In this document: positions 1 through 9,503 of the stretch, piece after piece
Layout: every line of letters starts with the position of its first letter
How positions within the stretch are numbered: the first letter of the stretch is position 1
Origin: an uncultured Deinococcales bacterium
Lineage (GTDB): Bacteria; Deinococcota; Deinococci; Deinococcales; JAAFIG01
Reading direction: 5' to 3'
DNA: 38,705 bases
NCBI GenBank assembly: GCA_964244895.1
Contig: CAXTKV010000021.1
Span: forward strand, 1-38,705
Translations under genes and position numbers: made by a program
Notes under the pieces: generated by a model
Database searches by the model: none
Told to the model about the DNA's origin: nothing
The model's input: only the letters and a program-made list of their open reading frames with translations

Positions 1-1
1 C

Positions 2-160
2 GACCTGCCCGTCAACCCGTTGTACTGGGACGGTTTCTTGTCTATCGGTTGCTGGCCGTGCACGCGCGCCGTGCGTCCCGGCGAGGACGCCCGCGCCGGG
101 CGCTGGGCCGGTCAGGGCAAACAGGAATGCGGCCTCTGGCAGGGCGAGAAAGCGATCTGA
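2..160 (+). CDS. cysH: PAPS/APS reductase, 3' end (partial)
   Basis: Frame 2 reads [52 protein letters not shown], containing the SIGCxPCT, RxGRW and KxECGL motifs. It lies directly upstream of sat. Confidence 0.92.
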   Translation, partial: DLPVNPLYWDGFLSIGCWPCTRAVRPGEDARAGRWAGQGKQECGLWQGEKAI

Positions 161-288
161 GCGCGTGCCGATCGAGCCCACACAGCGCGCGACCGTCACG
201 GTTCACGAGGATGTCGGGCGAAGCTCGAGCCAATCTCGAATCGCGAGCGCTTGACCTTCACTTTCACCTTCATTGCTACGTTCCAAGG

Positions 289-346
289 AAAGACCGTCCA
301 GAACGCCTCTTTTCAATCTCGAGAAACCCCGTCCTGGACGGTCTTT
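289..346. repeat. Palindromic repeat family copy (paired inverted arms, CTCGAG in spacer)
   Basis: AAAGACCGTCCAGAACG ... CGTCCTGGACGGTCTTT. Confidence 0.85.
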
Positions 347-365
347 ATAAAAGGGAGAACCCAGA

Positions 366-1520
366 ATGAGCCAGACCGAAAGCCTGTCCACGCCGCACGG
401 CGGCGCGCTGATCAACCGGCTGACCAAAGCCGACCCGAATACCTTCGCGCACCTGCCGAAGCTCGAGCTCTCTGACCGCAACCTGGCCGACCTGGAACTG
501 ATCGCCACGGGCGTGTACTCGCCGCTGACGGGCTTTTTGGGGCAGGCCGATTATGAAAGCGTGGTCGAACGGATGCGCCTGGCGGACGGCACCCCGTGGA
601 GCGTCCCGATCACGCTGGGCGTGTCCCCCGACGACGCGCCGCGCTACCAGGGCGAGGTCGCGCTGACCCACGGCGGGCAGATTGTCGGCACATTGAGCGT
701 GACCGAGCACTACGCGCCCGACCGGCAACGCGAGGCGCTCGAGGTCTACCGCACCGCGGACGCCGCCCACCCCGGCGTGGCGGCGCTCTACGCGCAGGGT
801 GCCATCAACCTGGCCGGGCCGGTGACGCTGTTTCAAGTCTCGCGCGGCGAATTCCCCAACCACCACCTGACGCCCGCCGAAACCCGCGAGGCCTTCAAGG
901 CGCGCGGCTGGCGCACGGTCGTGGCCTTCCAGACGCGCAACCCGATCCACCGCGCCCACGAATACCTGCACAAGGTCGCCCTGGAGACGATCGACGGCCT
1001 GTTTTTGAACCCGCTCGTGGGCAGCACCAAATCCGACGACGTGCCCGCCGCCACGCGGATGCGCGCCTACGAGGTGCTGCTCGAAAACTACTATCCGGCC
1101 TCGCGCGTGCTGCTGGGTTCTTATCCCGCCGCGATGCGCTACGCTGGCCCGCGCGAGGCGATCCTGCACGCGATCTCTCGCAAGAATTACGGTTGCACGC
1201 ACTTCATCGTCGGGCGCGATCACGCGGGCGTGGGCAATTACTACGGAACCTACGACGCGCAGCAAATTTTTGACGCGTACACGCCCGAAGAACTCGGCAT
1301 CGAGATCATCAAGTTCGAGCACACCTTCCACTGCAAAACCTGCGGTTCGATCGTCTCCAGCCGCACTTGCCCGCACGACTCGAGCCACCACCTGGTGCTG
1401 TCCGGCACGAAGGTTCGTGAACTGCTGTCCAGGGGCGATCACCTGCCCGCCGAATTCACCCGACCGGAAGTCGCCGAAGTGCTGCGCGAGGCGTACCGGG
1501 CCGCGCTCATACCGGTCTGA
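366..1520 (+). CDS. sat: Sulfate adenylyltransferase (ATP sulfurylase)
   Basis: [25 protein letters not shown] and VGRDHAG motifs; Zn site CKTC...CPH; SD AAGGGAG. Confidence 0.97.
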   Translation: MSQTESLSTPHGGALINRLTKADPNTFAHLPKLELSDRNLADLELIATGVYSPLTGFLGQADYESVVERMRLADGTPWSVPITLGVSPDDAPRYQGEVALTHGGQIVGTLSVTEHYAPDRQREALEVYRTADAAHPGVAALYAQGAINLAGPVTLFQVSRGEFPNHHLTPAETREAFKARGWRTVVAFQTRNPIHRAHEYLHKVALETIDGLFLNPLVGSTKSDDVPAATRMRAYEVLLENYYPASRVLLGSYPAAMRYAGPREAILHAISRKNYGCTHFIVGRDHAGVGNYYGTYDAQQIFDAYTPEELGIEIIKFEHTFHCKTCGSIVSSRTCPHDSSHHLVLSGTKVRELLSRGDHLPAEFTRPEVAEVLREAYRAALIPV

Positions 1521-1532
1521 AGGGCAGGAATC

Positions 1533-1874
1533 GTGTTGATCGAAGCCGACAAAACCCAACAACCTGCCCTCGAGGGCAGCGACACGAGCGCACCCGCGAT
1601 GGAATCTGCGCTGGCTCGGGTCTACAACCTCGGTCTGGGCGTCGGCGCGGGCGTGTTCGTGATCGGCCTGCTGTTGAGCGCGTTCGGTCTGGTCGCGCCG
1701 TGGGTTTTCTGGGTGGGCATCGGCGCGCTGACCCTGGTTCCCGGCGTGGCCGCCGCGCAATCCGCCCTGAACGCCAGGCGCGCGGGTGACGCGGAAATTG
1801 TTCGTTCGATCCTGCTGACCGCCGCCGCACTCCTCTCGGCGGTCGTGCTGGGTTTGATCCTCTCGAGGCGCTGA
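1533..1874 (+). CDS. Small membrane protein (DUF1634-like, tentative)
   Basis: 113 aa, three hydrophobic segments, inside the sulfur operon. Confidence 0.6.
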   Translation: MLIEADKTQQPALEGSDTSAPAMESALARVYNLGLGVGAGVFVIGLLLSAFGLVAPWVFWVGIGALTLVPGVAAAQSALNARRAGDAEIVRSILLTAAALLSAVVLGLILSRR

Positions 1875-1926
1875 TTCGCGATTTGTCCCTCGGGCACAAG
1901 GCTCGAGTTTGAAAGGAAGGAACGAC

Positions 1927-2382
1927 ATGACCACCGCTGTCCAAACCCCCGCCATCAGAACCCTCGACCCGAACGCGCTGCGCTTCAACCAGATCTGCAT
2001 CGTCGGCGGCATCGCGCTGGCCGCTCTTTTTGGGCAGTGGTGGATCGTCGCGGCCATCGGAGCCGTGATGGTCGCCGGAACCTGGAACTCGAGCCTGGCG
2101 GTTTTCAAACGCGTCTACGCCAGCATCGTCCGGCCCGCACTGAAGATTCCCGCCCATCCCATCGAGGATGACCCACGGGCGCACAACTTCGCGCAGGGTG
2201 TCGGCGGTGCGTTCCTGACCCTCGCCACGCTGGCTTTCGTGCTTCACGCGCCGATCCTGGGCTGGGTGCTGTCCGCCATCGTGGTCGCGCTGGCGCTGCT
2301 GAACCTGACCACCGGCGTGTGCGTGGGCTGCTTCATGTACTTTCAGTTGCGTTTGCTGCAACACCGTCTGCGCCGCGCCTGA
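1927..2382 (+). CDS. DUF4395 family membrane protein
   Basis: [23 protein letters not shown] and C-terminal [12 protein letters not shown] at 1927 after SD AAGGAAGG. Confidence 0.8.
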   Translation: MTTAVQTPAIRTLDPNALRFNQICIVGGIALAALFGQWWIVAAIGAVMVAGTWNSSLAVFKRVYASIVRPALKIPAHPIEDDPRAHNFAQGVGGAFLTLATLAFVLHAPILGWVLSAIVVALALLNLTTGVCVGCFMYFQLRLLQHRLRRA

Positions 2383-2477
2383 AGGTTAGGCTCGAGGGCG
2401 CAAGCCTCACCCCTTCGGCCATTCATCCCAAGCCATCTTTCATGCCGTCCGAAACGGTGTTCTCAAGGAGGAATCCC

Positions 2478-3332
2478 ATGCCATACGCCAACCCCGAAGT
2501 TCTGGTCAGCACCGACTGGGTGCTCGAGCACCACAAGGACGCCAACATCCGCCTGGTCGAAGTCAACGAGGACATTTTGCTGTACGAGCAGGGCCACATC
2601 CCCGGCGCGGTCAAGGTGGACTGGGGCACGGACTTGCAGCGCCAGGACATCCGCGATTTCATCGACGAGAAGGCTTTCGCGGAACTCGCGGCATCCTTGG
2701 GCATCAGCAACGACACGACCGTGATCTTCTACGGCGATAAGAACAACTGGTGGGCGGCCTACGCCTTCTGGTTCTTCAAGTACAACGGTCACAAGGACGC
2801 CCGGTTGATCAACGGTGGTCGCGCCAAGTGGGCGGCAGAAAATAAGCCCCTGGTGACGGAAGTGCCCTCGCACGCCCGAGGCGCGTACCACGTGCCCTAC
2901 CGCGACGCCAGCATCCGCGCCTTCAGCGGCGAAGTCCTGAAGCACCTGCTGGAAGTCAACGCCGGGCGCGGCGCGCTGGTGGACGTGCGCAGCCCGGATG
3001 AATACTCCGGCAAGGTCACGCACATGCCCAACTACCCGCAAGAGGGCGCGCTGCGCGGCGGCCACATCCCCGGCGCGCAGAGCATCCCGTGGGCGCAGGC
3101 CGCCAACGAGGACGGCACCTTCAAGAGCTTCGAGGAGTTGAAAGCGCTCTACGAGGGCAAGGGCGTCACGCCCGACAAGGACATCGTGGCCTACTGCCGC
3201 ATCGCGGAGCGCTCCAGCCACAGCTGGTTCGTGCTGAAGTACCTGCTGGGCTACGAGCGCGTGCGCAACTACGACGGTTCCTGGACGGAATGGGGCAACC
3301 TGGTCGGCGCGCCCATCGAGAAAAGCGTCTAA
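2478..3332 (+). CDS. Thiosulfate sulfurtransferase (tandem rhodanese, SseA/CysA2-like)
   Basis: LVSTDW, GHIPGA twice, active-site [20 protein letters not shown] 2478 after AAGGAGG. Confidence 0.95.
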   Translation: MPYANPEVLVSTDWVLEHHKDANIRLVEVNEDILLYEQGHIPGAVKVDWGTDLQRQDIRDFIDEKAFAELAASLGISNDTTVIFYGDKNNWWAAYAFWFFKYNGHKDARLINGGRAKWAAENKPLVTEVPSHARGAYHVPYRDASIRAFSGEVLKHLLEVNAGRGALVDVRSPDEYSGKVTHMPNYPQEGALRGGHIPGAQSIPWAQAANEDGTFKSFEELKALYEGKGVTPDKDIVAYCRIAERSSHSWFVLKYLLGYERVRNYDGSWTEWGNLVGAPIEKSV

Positions 3333-3350
3333 GCGAGGTCTCTGGTGAGA

Positions 3351-3395
3351 ACACCGTCCCAGACGAGAATTGTGAAACATCGTCTGGGACGGTGT
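3351..3395. repeat. Palindromic repeat family copy (perfect 16-bp inverted arms)
   Basis: ACACCGTCCCAGACGA ... TCGTCTGGGACGGTGT. Confidence 0.88.
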
Positions 3396-3538
3396 CCTTT
3401 GAGTACCCTCCGACGTGTTCGCCCTCGGGTAAAGACGATGGCTCGAGCCTCAGATCATGTATTCGCACGAGAATGCCCGGACATCTCGAGATCACCGCTT
3501 TCCGGCTCGAGATCGCCTTCTGATCCCCTCATCCCGCG

Positions 3539-4432
3539 ATGAATCGCGTGCGAATCGCCACGCGCGGCAGCCGACTGGCGCTCTGGCAGGCGAACTGGGT
3601 CGCGGCCAGACTCGAGGCGTTCGGAATCGGCGCGGAACTCGTCACGATCCAGACGCAGGGCGACCGCGAATCTGGCGTATTCCGCGAGATGAAGGGACAG
3701 GGCTTCTTCACCAAAGCTGTCCAGGACGCGGTCACGGATGGCCGTGCGGATATCGCGGTGCATTCCCTGAAGGACTTGCCGAGCGCGGTCGCGCCCGGTC
3801 TGGTGCTGGCCGCGATTCCCGCGCGCGAAGATCCCAGGGACGCGCTGATCGTGCGTTTGGAAGCCGTGGACGCTCGCGCCCCCAGTCTGCCCGTCAGGTT
3901 GGGCTCGAGCGTCGGCACGAGCGCCGCGCGGCGTCGGGCGCAACTCGAGCAACTGCGCCCCGACCTGGTGCGCCTCGAATTGCGCGGCAACGTCCCGACC
4001 CGCGTGGAAAAGCTGCGGCGCGGCGATTACGACGCGGTTGTGCTGGCGCAGGCGGGCTTGCTCAGGTTGGGACTCGAGCTGCAAGACCTGGGCGTCTTCG
4101 TACTCGAGCCGGGAGCCTTCGTGCCCGCGCCCGGACAGGGTGCGCTGGCCGTCGAATGCCGCGCCGCCGACTCGCCGTTGCTGGCATCGCTGGCGCGCAT
4201 TGACGACCCCGAAGCCCGCGCGATGATCGAAGCCGAACGCGGCCTGATGGCCGGATTGCGCGGCGGTTGCCAGCTCGCGCTCGGGGCGCACGCCACCCGG
4301 ACGGCGGCGGGGCTCGAGCTGATCGCCTGGTACGGCGGTCGGCTGTATCGCGCGGAAACCTCGAGCCCGTCGGCGGTCGCGGATTCCGTCCTCGCGCAGA
4401 TTCGCGTCGATCACCCGGAAGCGGTCTCGTGA
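3539..4432 (+). CDS. hemC: Hydroxymethylbilane synthase
   Basis: RIATRGSRLALWQA, DIAVHSLKD, GTSAARRRAQL, LRGNVPTRVEKL, PAPGQGAL and the cofactor Cys in GGCQ. Confidence 0.96.
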   Translation: MNRVRIATRGSRLALWQANWVAARLEAFGIGAELVTIQTQGDRESGVFREMKGQGFFTKAVQDAVTDGRADIAVHSLKDLPSAVAPGLVLAAIPAREDPRDALIVRLEAVDARAPSLPVRLGSSVGTSAARRRAQLEQLRPDLVRLELRGNVPTRVEKLRRGDYDAVVLAQAGLLRLGLELQDLGVFVLEPGAFVPAPGQGALAVECRAADSPLLASLARIDDPEARAMIEAERGLMAGLRGGCQLALGAHATRTAAGLELIAWYGGRLYRAETSSPSAVADSVLAQIRVDHPEAVS

Positions 4433-4470
4433 GGATTGCGCCATGAGGGTTGCGCCGTGAGGGTCGCGCT
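4429..4470 (+). repeat. 3 x 14-bp tandem repeat at the hemC/hemD junction
   Basis: GTGAGGATTGCGCC ATGAGGGTTGCGCC GTGAGGGTCGCGCT. Confidence 0.85.
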
Positions 4471-5140
4471 AACCCATTCAAAGGGTCGGTTGGTCGGGCT
4501 CGAGGAATCGCTGCGCGCGAACGGCTTCGAGGTCGTTCACCACCCACTGATTGCCCTCGAACCCATCCGGGACGCGGATATGTCAACCCTGCTCGAGTGC
4601 CCGTGGTGGCTCGTGACCAGCGCCTCGAGCGCGGAAGCGCTCCGTCAGATCGGCGCGTCGTTCTCTGGGCGCAGGATCGGGAGCGTGGGTGAGGCGACCG
4701 CGCAAGCCTTGCGGTGGGCGGGCGCGACGGTCGATCTGGTCGGCTCGGGGACGGTGCAGCAACTGGGGACGCTTTTTCTGGAACGCGTCAACATCGGCCC
4801 CGTCGGCCTTCCGGTCGGTGATCGGGCGTTGCCCACGCTGCGAACCATGCTCGAGGGTGCCGGGCTCGAGGTGCGTCAGGTCGAGGTCTACCGCAACCGC
4901 GTCCTGGGCTGGCCCGAGCGCGCACCGACGCCAGAGATCATCGTGCTGGCCAGCCCTTCGGCGGTTTCCGCGCTGCCTGAGTCGGTCGCACGCCGAGCGC
5001 GATTGGTGGCGCTCGGGGAAACCACCGCCGAACGCGCCCAATCGCTCGGGCTACAATGCCTGACCGCGAGCCAGCCGACCGTCACGGCGACCCTCGAGAC
5101 CATCCTCGGGGTCAGGCTCGAGATCGAAAGGAAGCCCTGA
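4457..5140 (+). CDS. hemD: Uroporphyrinogen-III synthase
   Basis: VALTHS, HPLIALEP, VTSASSA, SVGEATAQAL, VEVYRN, LASPSAV, ALGETTA; follows hemC; GTG 4457 chosen as start. Confidence 0.88.
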   Translation: MRVALTHSKGRLVGLEESLRANGFEVVHHPLIALEPIRDADMSTLLECPWWLVTSASSAEALRQIGASFSGRRIGSVGEATAQALRWAGATVDLVGSGTVQQLGTLFLERVNIGPVGLPVGDRALPTLRTMLEGAGLEVRQVEVYRNRVLGWPERAPTPEIIVLASPSAVSALPESVARRARLVALGETTAERAQSLGLQCLTASQPTVTATLETILGVRLEIERKP

Positions 5141-5286
5141 TGTCCGATCCCCACGCGCTCGAGAACGGTTGTGCGGCTCAGAAACACCGTCTGGCACGGT
5201 ATTCTCTATTCGCGTGCTGGACGGTGTTCCTTGAAGCGCACCGACCGCTCGAGATCCCGCTACCCACCCGGAAACCCCGCCCGTGA
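5140..5286 (+). CDS. Putative 48-aa bridge ORF spanning a palindromic repeat
   Basis: ATG overlaps the hemD stop (TGATG) with SD AAAGGAAG; its TGA overlaps the GTG of the next gene (GTGA). Confidence 0.4.
   Translation: MSDPHALENGCAAQKHRLARYSLFACWTVFLEAHRPLEIPLPTRKPRP
5181..5230. repeat. Palindromic repeat family copy
   Basis: GAAACACCGTCTGGCACGGTATTCTC ... CGTGCTGGACGGTGTTCC. Confidence 0.8.
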
Positions 5287-6023
5287 GCGCGACCTACTAC
5301 CCGGCGATGCTGCACCTTCAGAACCGCCGCGTGCTGTTCATCGGCGGCGGCTGGGAGACGGAACTCAAGGTGCGCGGTCTGCTGGACGCGGGCGCGATCA
5401 TCACCGTCCTTTCCGCGCACGAACACGCGGGGCTCGAGGAACTGGCAACCGATGGCCGCATCGTCTGGCGCAGGCGCGCTTTTCAACCGGGCGACACGGC
5501 GGGCTTCTGGCTGGTGATGTCGCACCCGGTGGATAAGGCCGACAACGCCGCGGTGTACGCCGAAGCGGAAGCCAACGGGATTCTGTGCAACTGCGTGGAC
5601 GACCCCGAACGCTGCTCGTTCATCCTGCCCAGCGTGCTGCGGCGCGGCGATCTAGTAATCGGCGTCTCGACCAGCGGCACGGCTCCGGCCCTGGGCGTGC
5701 GGATCAAGCAGCGTCTGGCGCAGGAATTCGGGCCGGAATACGCGGCCTTCCTGCGCCTGCTGCGCGAGTTGCGCCCCGGCATCACCGCCGGGTTCCTGGA
5801 TTTCGAGACGCGCAAAGAGCTCTGGTACGCGCTGATCGATTCATCGGCGCTCGAGCTGATGCGCCGTGACCAACCCGATGCGGCCCGCGCGGAACTCGAG
5901 CGCGCGATCTCGGCCCGTCGCGCGGCCTGCGGGCTCGAGCGTTGCGCCGCGTGTACGGACAAAGCCTGCGCCGCGCACCTCGGGCTGGCGTCGCCCGAAA
6001 CGCCGACCGGGGTTTCATCGTGA
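5283..6023 (+). CDS. Precorrin-2 dehydrogenase/sirohydrochlorin ferrochelatase (CysG N-terminal/Met8p-like)
   Basis: YYPAMLHLQNRRVLFIGGG, CNCVDDPERCSFILPS, GVSTSGTAPAL. Confidence 0.9.
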   Translation: MSATYYPAMLHLQNRRVLFIGGGWETELKVRGLLDAGAIITVLSAHEHAGLEELATDGRIVWRRRAFQPGDTAGFWLVMSHPVDKADNAAVYAEAEANGILCNCVDDPERCSFILPSVLRRGDLVIGVSTSGTAPALGVRIKQRLAQEFGPEYAAFLRLLRELRPGITAGFLDFETRKELWYALIDSSALELMRRDQPDAARAELERAISARRAACGLERCAACTDKACAAHLGLASPETPTGVSS

Positions 6024-6784
6024 GCGCGCCCGGTCAGGTCTGGATCGTCGGCGCTGGCCCCGGCGATCCAGACCTGCTGACCGTCAAGGCCGCGCGGGTG
6101 CTCGAGTCTGCGGACGTGGTGCTCTACGACCGGCTGGTCGGCGCGGGCGTGCTGGAACTGATCCCGCCAACCGCAGAGCGCGTCTACGTCGGTAAGGGCC
6201 ACGGCGATCAGGACAGCGTTCAACCCGAAATCATGACGCAACTCGAGCACCATGCGCGCTCGGGCAAACGCACCGTGCGCCTCAAGGGCGGCGACCCGTT
6301 CGTCTTCGGGCGCGGCGCGGAGGAATGGGCGTACCTGAGCGCGCGCGGCGTGCAAGTCCAGGTCGTGCCCGGCATCAGTTCCAGCCTGGCGGTGCCATCG
6401 CTGGCCGGGATTCCGTTGACCTTTCGCGCCGTGGCTCGAGCCTTCGCGGTCGTGACCGGGCACCGCGCCATCGACCCGGACGCGGGTGCGCCGCCCGACT
6501 GGGCCGATTGCGCCCGCGTGGACACGCTGGTCGTGCTGATGGGCGTCGGTGAGCGCGCCAGCATCGCCAGCGCGTTGATCGCGGCGGGCCGCGACCCGGA
6601 TGAACCCTGTGCCTTCATCGAGCGCGGCACGACCCCGCACGAGCGCGTGATCGTCTCGAGCCTGGGACTCGTCAGCGACGGCCTGGTGGACGTGGAAGCC
6701 CCCGCCGTCTGGGTCATCGGTCGCGTGGTCGGCCTGCGCGAGACGTTGATCCCACCGGAACACCGTCCGGAACGCGAATCATGA
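6020..6784 (+). CDS. cobA: Uroporphyrinogen-III C-methyltransferase
   Basis: VWIVGAGPGDPDLLT, VVLYDRLV, VRLKGGDPFVFGRGAEE, VPGISS; GTG 6020 overlaps the upstream stop. Confidence 0.95.
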   Translation: MSAPGQVWIVGAGPGDPDLLTVKAARVLESADVVLYDRLVGAGVLELIPPTAERVYVGKGHGDQDSVQPEIMTQLEHHARSGKRTVRLKGGDPFVFGRGAEEWAYLSARGVQVQVVPGISSSLAVPSLAGIPLTFRAVARAFAVVTGHRAIDPDAGAPPDWADCARVDTLVVLMGVGERASIASALIAAGRDPDEPCAFIERGTTPHERVIVSSLGLVSDGLVDVEAPAVWVIGRVVGLRETLIPPEHRPERES

Positions 6785-6806
6785 ATGTCGTCCAGTACGG
6801 TGTTCT
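6758..6806. repeat. Palindromic repeat family copy overlapping the cobA 3' end
   Basis: GAACACCGTCCGGAACG ... CGTCCAGTACGGTGTTC. Confidence 0.8.
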
Positions 6807-7063
6807 CGAGCTTTTCCCTCCCTGCGAAGTAGGAGAGGACAGCGCGGTGCGATGTTCAGTGGCATCGGCAGCTTTATCGCCGATGACCGAGGGGTCGCCC
6901 CACCTCGAGCCCCGAAGCCACGAATCCTCGGGAACCCCGCCCCAGCCGCAGCGTGCGCCCTTCGTCGCCTCGAGCACTCCGCGCGCCCAGACCTCGAGCG
7001 ATGATTCACCCAGAGTCCCAGCCACGCTCTGAGCGGTAATCTCGAGCGTACAGAAGGAGCCGC

Positions 7064-8752
7064 ATGACTGCCCCCACCAAAAAATCCAAGGTCGAACTCG
7101 TCAAGGAACAGAGCCGGTATCTGCGCGGCCCGCTGGACACCGAACTGGGCAACGCGCAGGATCACTTCGGTGACGACGGCGGCGTGATCCTGAAGTTTCA
7201 CGGCATCTATCAACAGGACGACCGCGACATCCGAAAGGCGCGCAAGTCGCAGGGGCTCGGGCCGGATTACTCGTTCATGATTCGCGTGGCGATTCCGGGC
7301 GGGATGCTCTCGCCGGATCAGTACCTGGAACTGGACGCGCTCTCGGACAAACTGGCCAACACCACCATGCGCATCACGACGCGCCAGGCGATCCAGTATC
7401 ACGGCGTGCGCAAGGGCGGCCTGAAGCCGTTGATCGGTACGCTGAACGATCATTTGCTGACGACCCTTTCCGCGTGCGGTGACGTGGTCAGGAACGTGGT
7501 CGCCTGCCCTGCGCCGTTCGTCAGTCGTCAGCGCGCGGAAATCATGCGGTACGCGCTGGACATTTCCAACCGCCTCAAGCCGAAGGCCAGGGCGTACTAC
7601 GAACTCTGGCTGGATGGCGAGAAGGCCGCCAGTGCCGAACAGGAGGAACCCCTGTACGGCGAAACCTACTTGCCCCGCAAGTTCAAGATCGGGTTCGCCT
7701 ACCCCGGCGATAACTGCATCGATGCGTACACGCAGGATGTCGGCATCGTGCCCGTGATGAAGGGCGACCATCTCGAGGCCTTCACGCTGATCGTCGGCGG
7801 CGGCCTGGGTCAGAGCCACGGCGCGAAGGACACGCACCCCAGGCTGGGCGACCCGATGACGACCATACAACCGGATCAGCTGTTCGAGGTGGTGGAGGCC
7901 ATCGTCAAGGTGCAGCGCGATTTTGGTCGGCGCGACGACCGCAAGTTCAGCCGCATGAAATACCTGGTCGAAGCCTGGGGGATTCAGGCCTTCAAGAAAA
8001 AAGTCGAGGAGTACGTCGGTTACGCCCTGCCCACCGCCCAGCGGCTCGAGTGGGCGTCCGGCGACGATCACCTGGGCTGGTTCGAGCAGGGCGACGGCAA
8101 GCTTTTCCTGGGCCTCTTCATCGAGAACGGGCGCGTCAAGGACGATCTCCGCGCGGGCTTGAGGGCAGTGGTCGAACGCTTCCGCCCGGACGTGCGCCTG
8201 ACGCCGCAGCAGAACATCCTGCTGGTCAACATCGACCCCGCCGACAAGCTCGCGCTCGAGGGCGTGCTGACGGATCACGGCATCGCGCTGCCCGAGACGA
8301 TCCCGCTGGTGGTGCGCCACGCCATGGCCTGCCCCGCGCTGCCGACCTGCGGGCTGGCCGTGACCGAGGCCGAGCGCGTCATGCCGGACGTGATCCGCGA
8401 GATCGGCGCGGTGTTGACGGAACTGGGGCTGGATCAGGGCTTGGTGCCGCACGTGCGCATGACGGGCTGCCCGAACGGGTGCGCCCGCCCGTACAGCGCG
8501 GAAGTCGGGTTGGTCGGGCGCAGCCTGAACAGTTACACGATGTACCTGGGCGGCAGTCCCGTCGGGACCCGCCTGGCGAGCGAGTACCTGGACAACGTGC
8601 CCCGCGAACAGGTCGCGGCGCGCCTGCGGCCCGTGCTGGAACACTACCGGGATGCGCGGCGCGCAGAGGAGAGCTTCGGGGATTTCTGCGAGCGTGTGAG
8701 TCTCGAGACATTGCGCTCGCGCTTCGCGGGAGAAAATCAGTCCACCATCTGA
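7064..8752 (+). CDS. cysI: Assimilatory sulfite reductase, siroheme/[4Fe-4S] hemoprotein
   Basis: LKFHGIYQQDDRD, TTRQAIQYHG, ACGDVVRNV, YLPRKFKI, CPALPTC...TGCPNGC; SD AGAAGGAG. Confidence 0.95.
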   Translation: MTAPTKKSKVELVKEQSRYLRGPLDTELGNAQDHFGDDGGVILKFHGIYQQDDRDIRKARKSQGLGPDYSFMIRVAIPGGMLSPDQYLELDALSDKLANTTMRITTRQAIQYHGVRKGGLKPLIGTLNDHLLTTLSACGDVVRNVVACPAPFVSRQRAEIMRYALDISNRLKPKARAYYELWLDGEKAASAEQEEPLYGETYLPRKFKIGFAYPGDNCIDAYTQDVGIVPVMKGDHLEAFTLIVGGGLGQSHGAKDTHPRLGDPMTTIQPDQLFEVVEAIVKVQRDFGRRDDRKFSRMKYLVEAWGIQAFKKKVEEYVGYALPTAQRLEWASGDDHLGWFEQGDGKLFLGLFIENGRVKDDLRAGLRAVVERFRPDVRLTPQQNILLVNIDPADKLALEGVLTDHGIALPETIPLVVRHAMACPALPTCGLAVTEAERVMPDVIREIGAVLTELGLDQGLVPHVRMTGCPNGCARPYSAEVGLVGRSLNSYTMYLGGSPVGTRLASEYLDNVPREQVAARLRPVLEHYRDARRAEESFGDFCERVSLETLRSRFAGENQSTI

Positions 8753-8813
8753 AGGACGTTTTCTCGAGATTCCGCGAGCGACCAAAAAAATATTCCAAGC
8801 CGAGGAACCCACA

Positions 8814-9428
8814 GTGAGCGCCAAATCGAAATCCAGATCGTCCAAGTCTCGAAAACGCGGTCGCGCCATCGAACCGGCCCGGCCCAAACCGTCCCTGCCC
8901 GTCGTGCCGTTGGCGATCGCGGCCATCGTGCTGATCGCCGCGATCGTGATCGTGCCCAGTTTTTTCCGGGGCACACTGACGAAAATTGATGGCGTCGAAA
9001 CCTTCACGAACCTGGCCCGCGATCACGTCACCGGATCGGTTTCGTATCCGCAGACCCCGCCCGTCGGCGGAAAGCACAGTTCCGTCTGGCAGAACTGCGG
9101 CATTTACGACCAGCCCGTGCCACTCGAGACCGCCGTGCATTCAATGGAGCACGGCGCAGTCTGGATCGCGTACCGCCCCGACCTGGACGACAAGGACGTG
9201 CAGACGCTGCGCAACCTGGTCAAGGGCCGCCCGTACACGCTGCTCGCGCCGTACCAGTACGGGGCGCTGGATCACCCGGTCGTGGCGGTCGCGTGGGGTT
9301 TGCGTCTGCAACTCGAGAAAGCCGACGATCCGCGTCTGGCGCAGTTCGTCAACGCCTACGCCAACGGTTCGCAAGCCCCCGAACCCGGCGCGGCCTGCGT
9401 CGGCGGTACGGGTCGCCCGGTGGACTAA
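8814..9428 (+). CDS. DUF3105 domain membrane-anchored protein
   Basis: N-terminal TM; PPVGGKH, WQNCGIY, VHSMEHGAVWIAY, APEPGAAC. Confidence 0.85.
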   Translation: MSAKSKSRSSKSRKRGRAIEPARPKPSLPVVPLAIAAIVLIAAIVIVPSFFRGTLTKIDGVETFTNLARDHVTGSVSYPQTPPVGGKHSSVWQNCGIYDQPVPLETAVHSMEHGAVWIAYRPDLDDKDVQTLRNLVKGRPYTLLAPYQYGALDHPVVAVAWGLRLQLEKADDPRLAQFVNAYANGSQAPEPGAACVGGTGRPVD

Positions 9429-9491
9429 AGAAACACCGTCCCAGACGGTGTTTCTCGGGATTCAAGATCATGCGTCCTGGACGGTGTTCTT
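9429..9491. repeat. Palindromic repeat family copy between convergent genes (possible terminator)
   Basis: AGAAACACCGTC-CCA-GACGGTGTTTCT hairpin plus GCGTCCTGGACGGTGTTCTT. Confidence 0.88.
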
Positions 9492-9503
9492 GAGCAGAAA
9501 TTT

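Noticed and set aside
49..369. Bridge ORF between cysH and sat
   Set aside because: It ends on the sat ATGA, but no start overlaps the cysH stop and sat has its own SD. An ATGA overlap alone is not informative.
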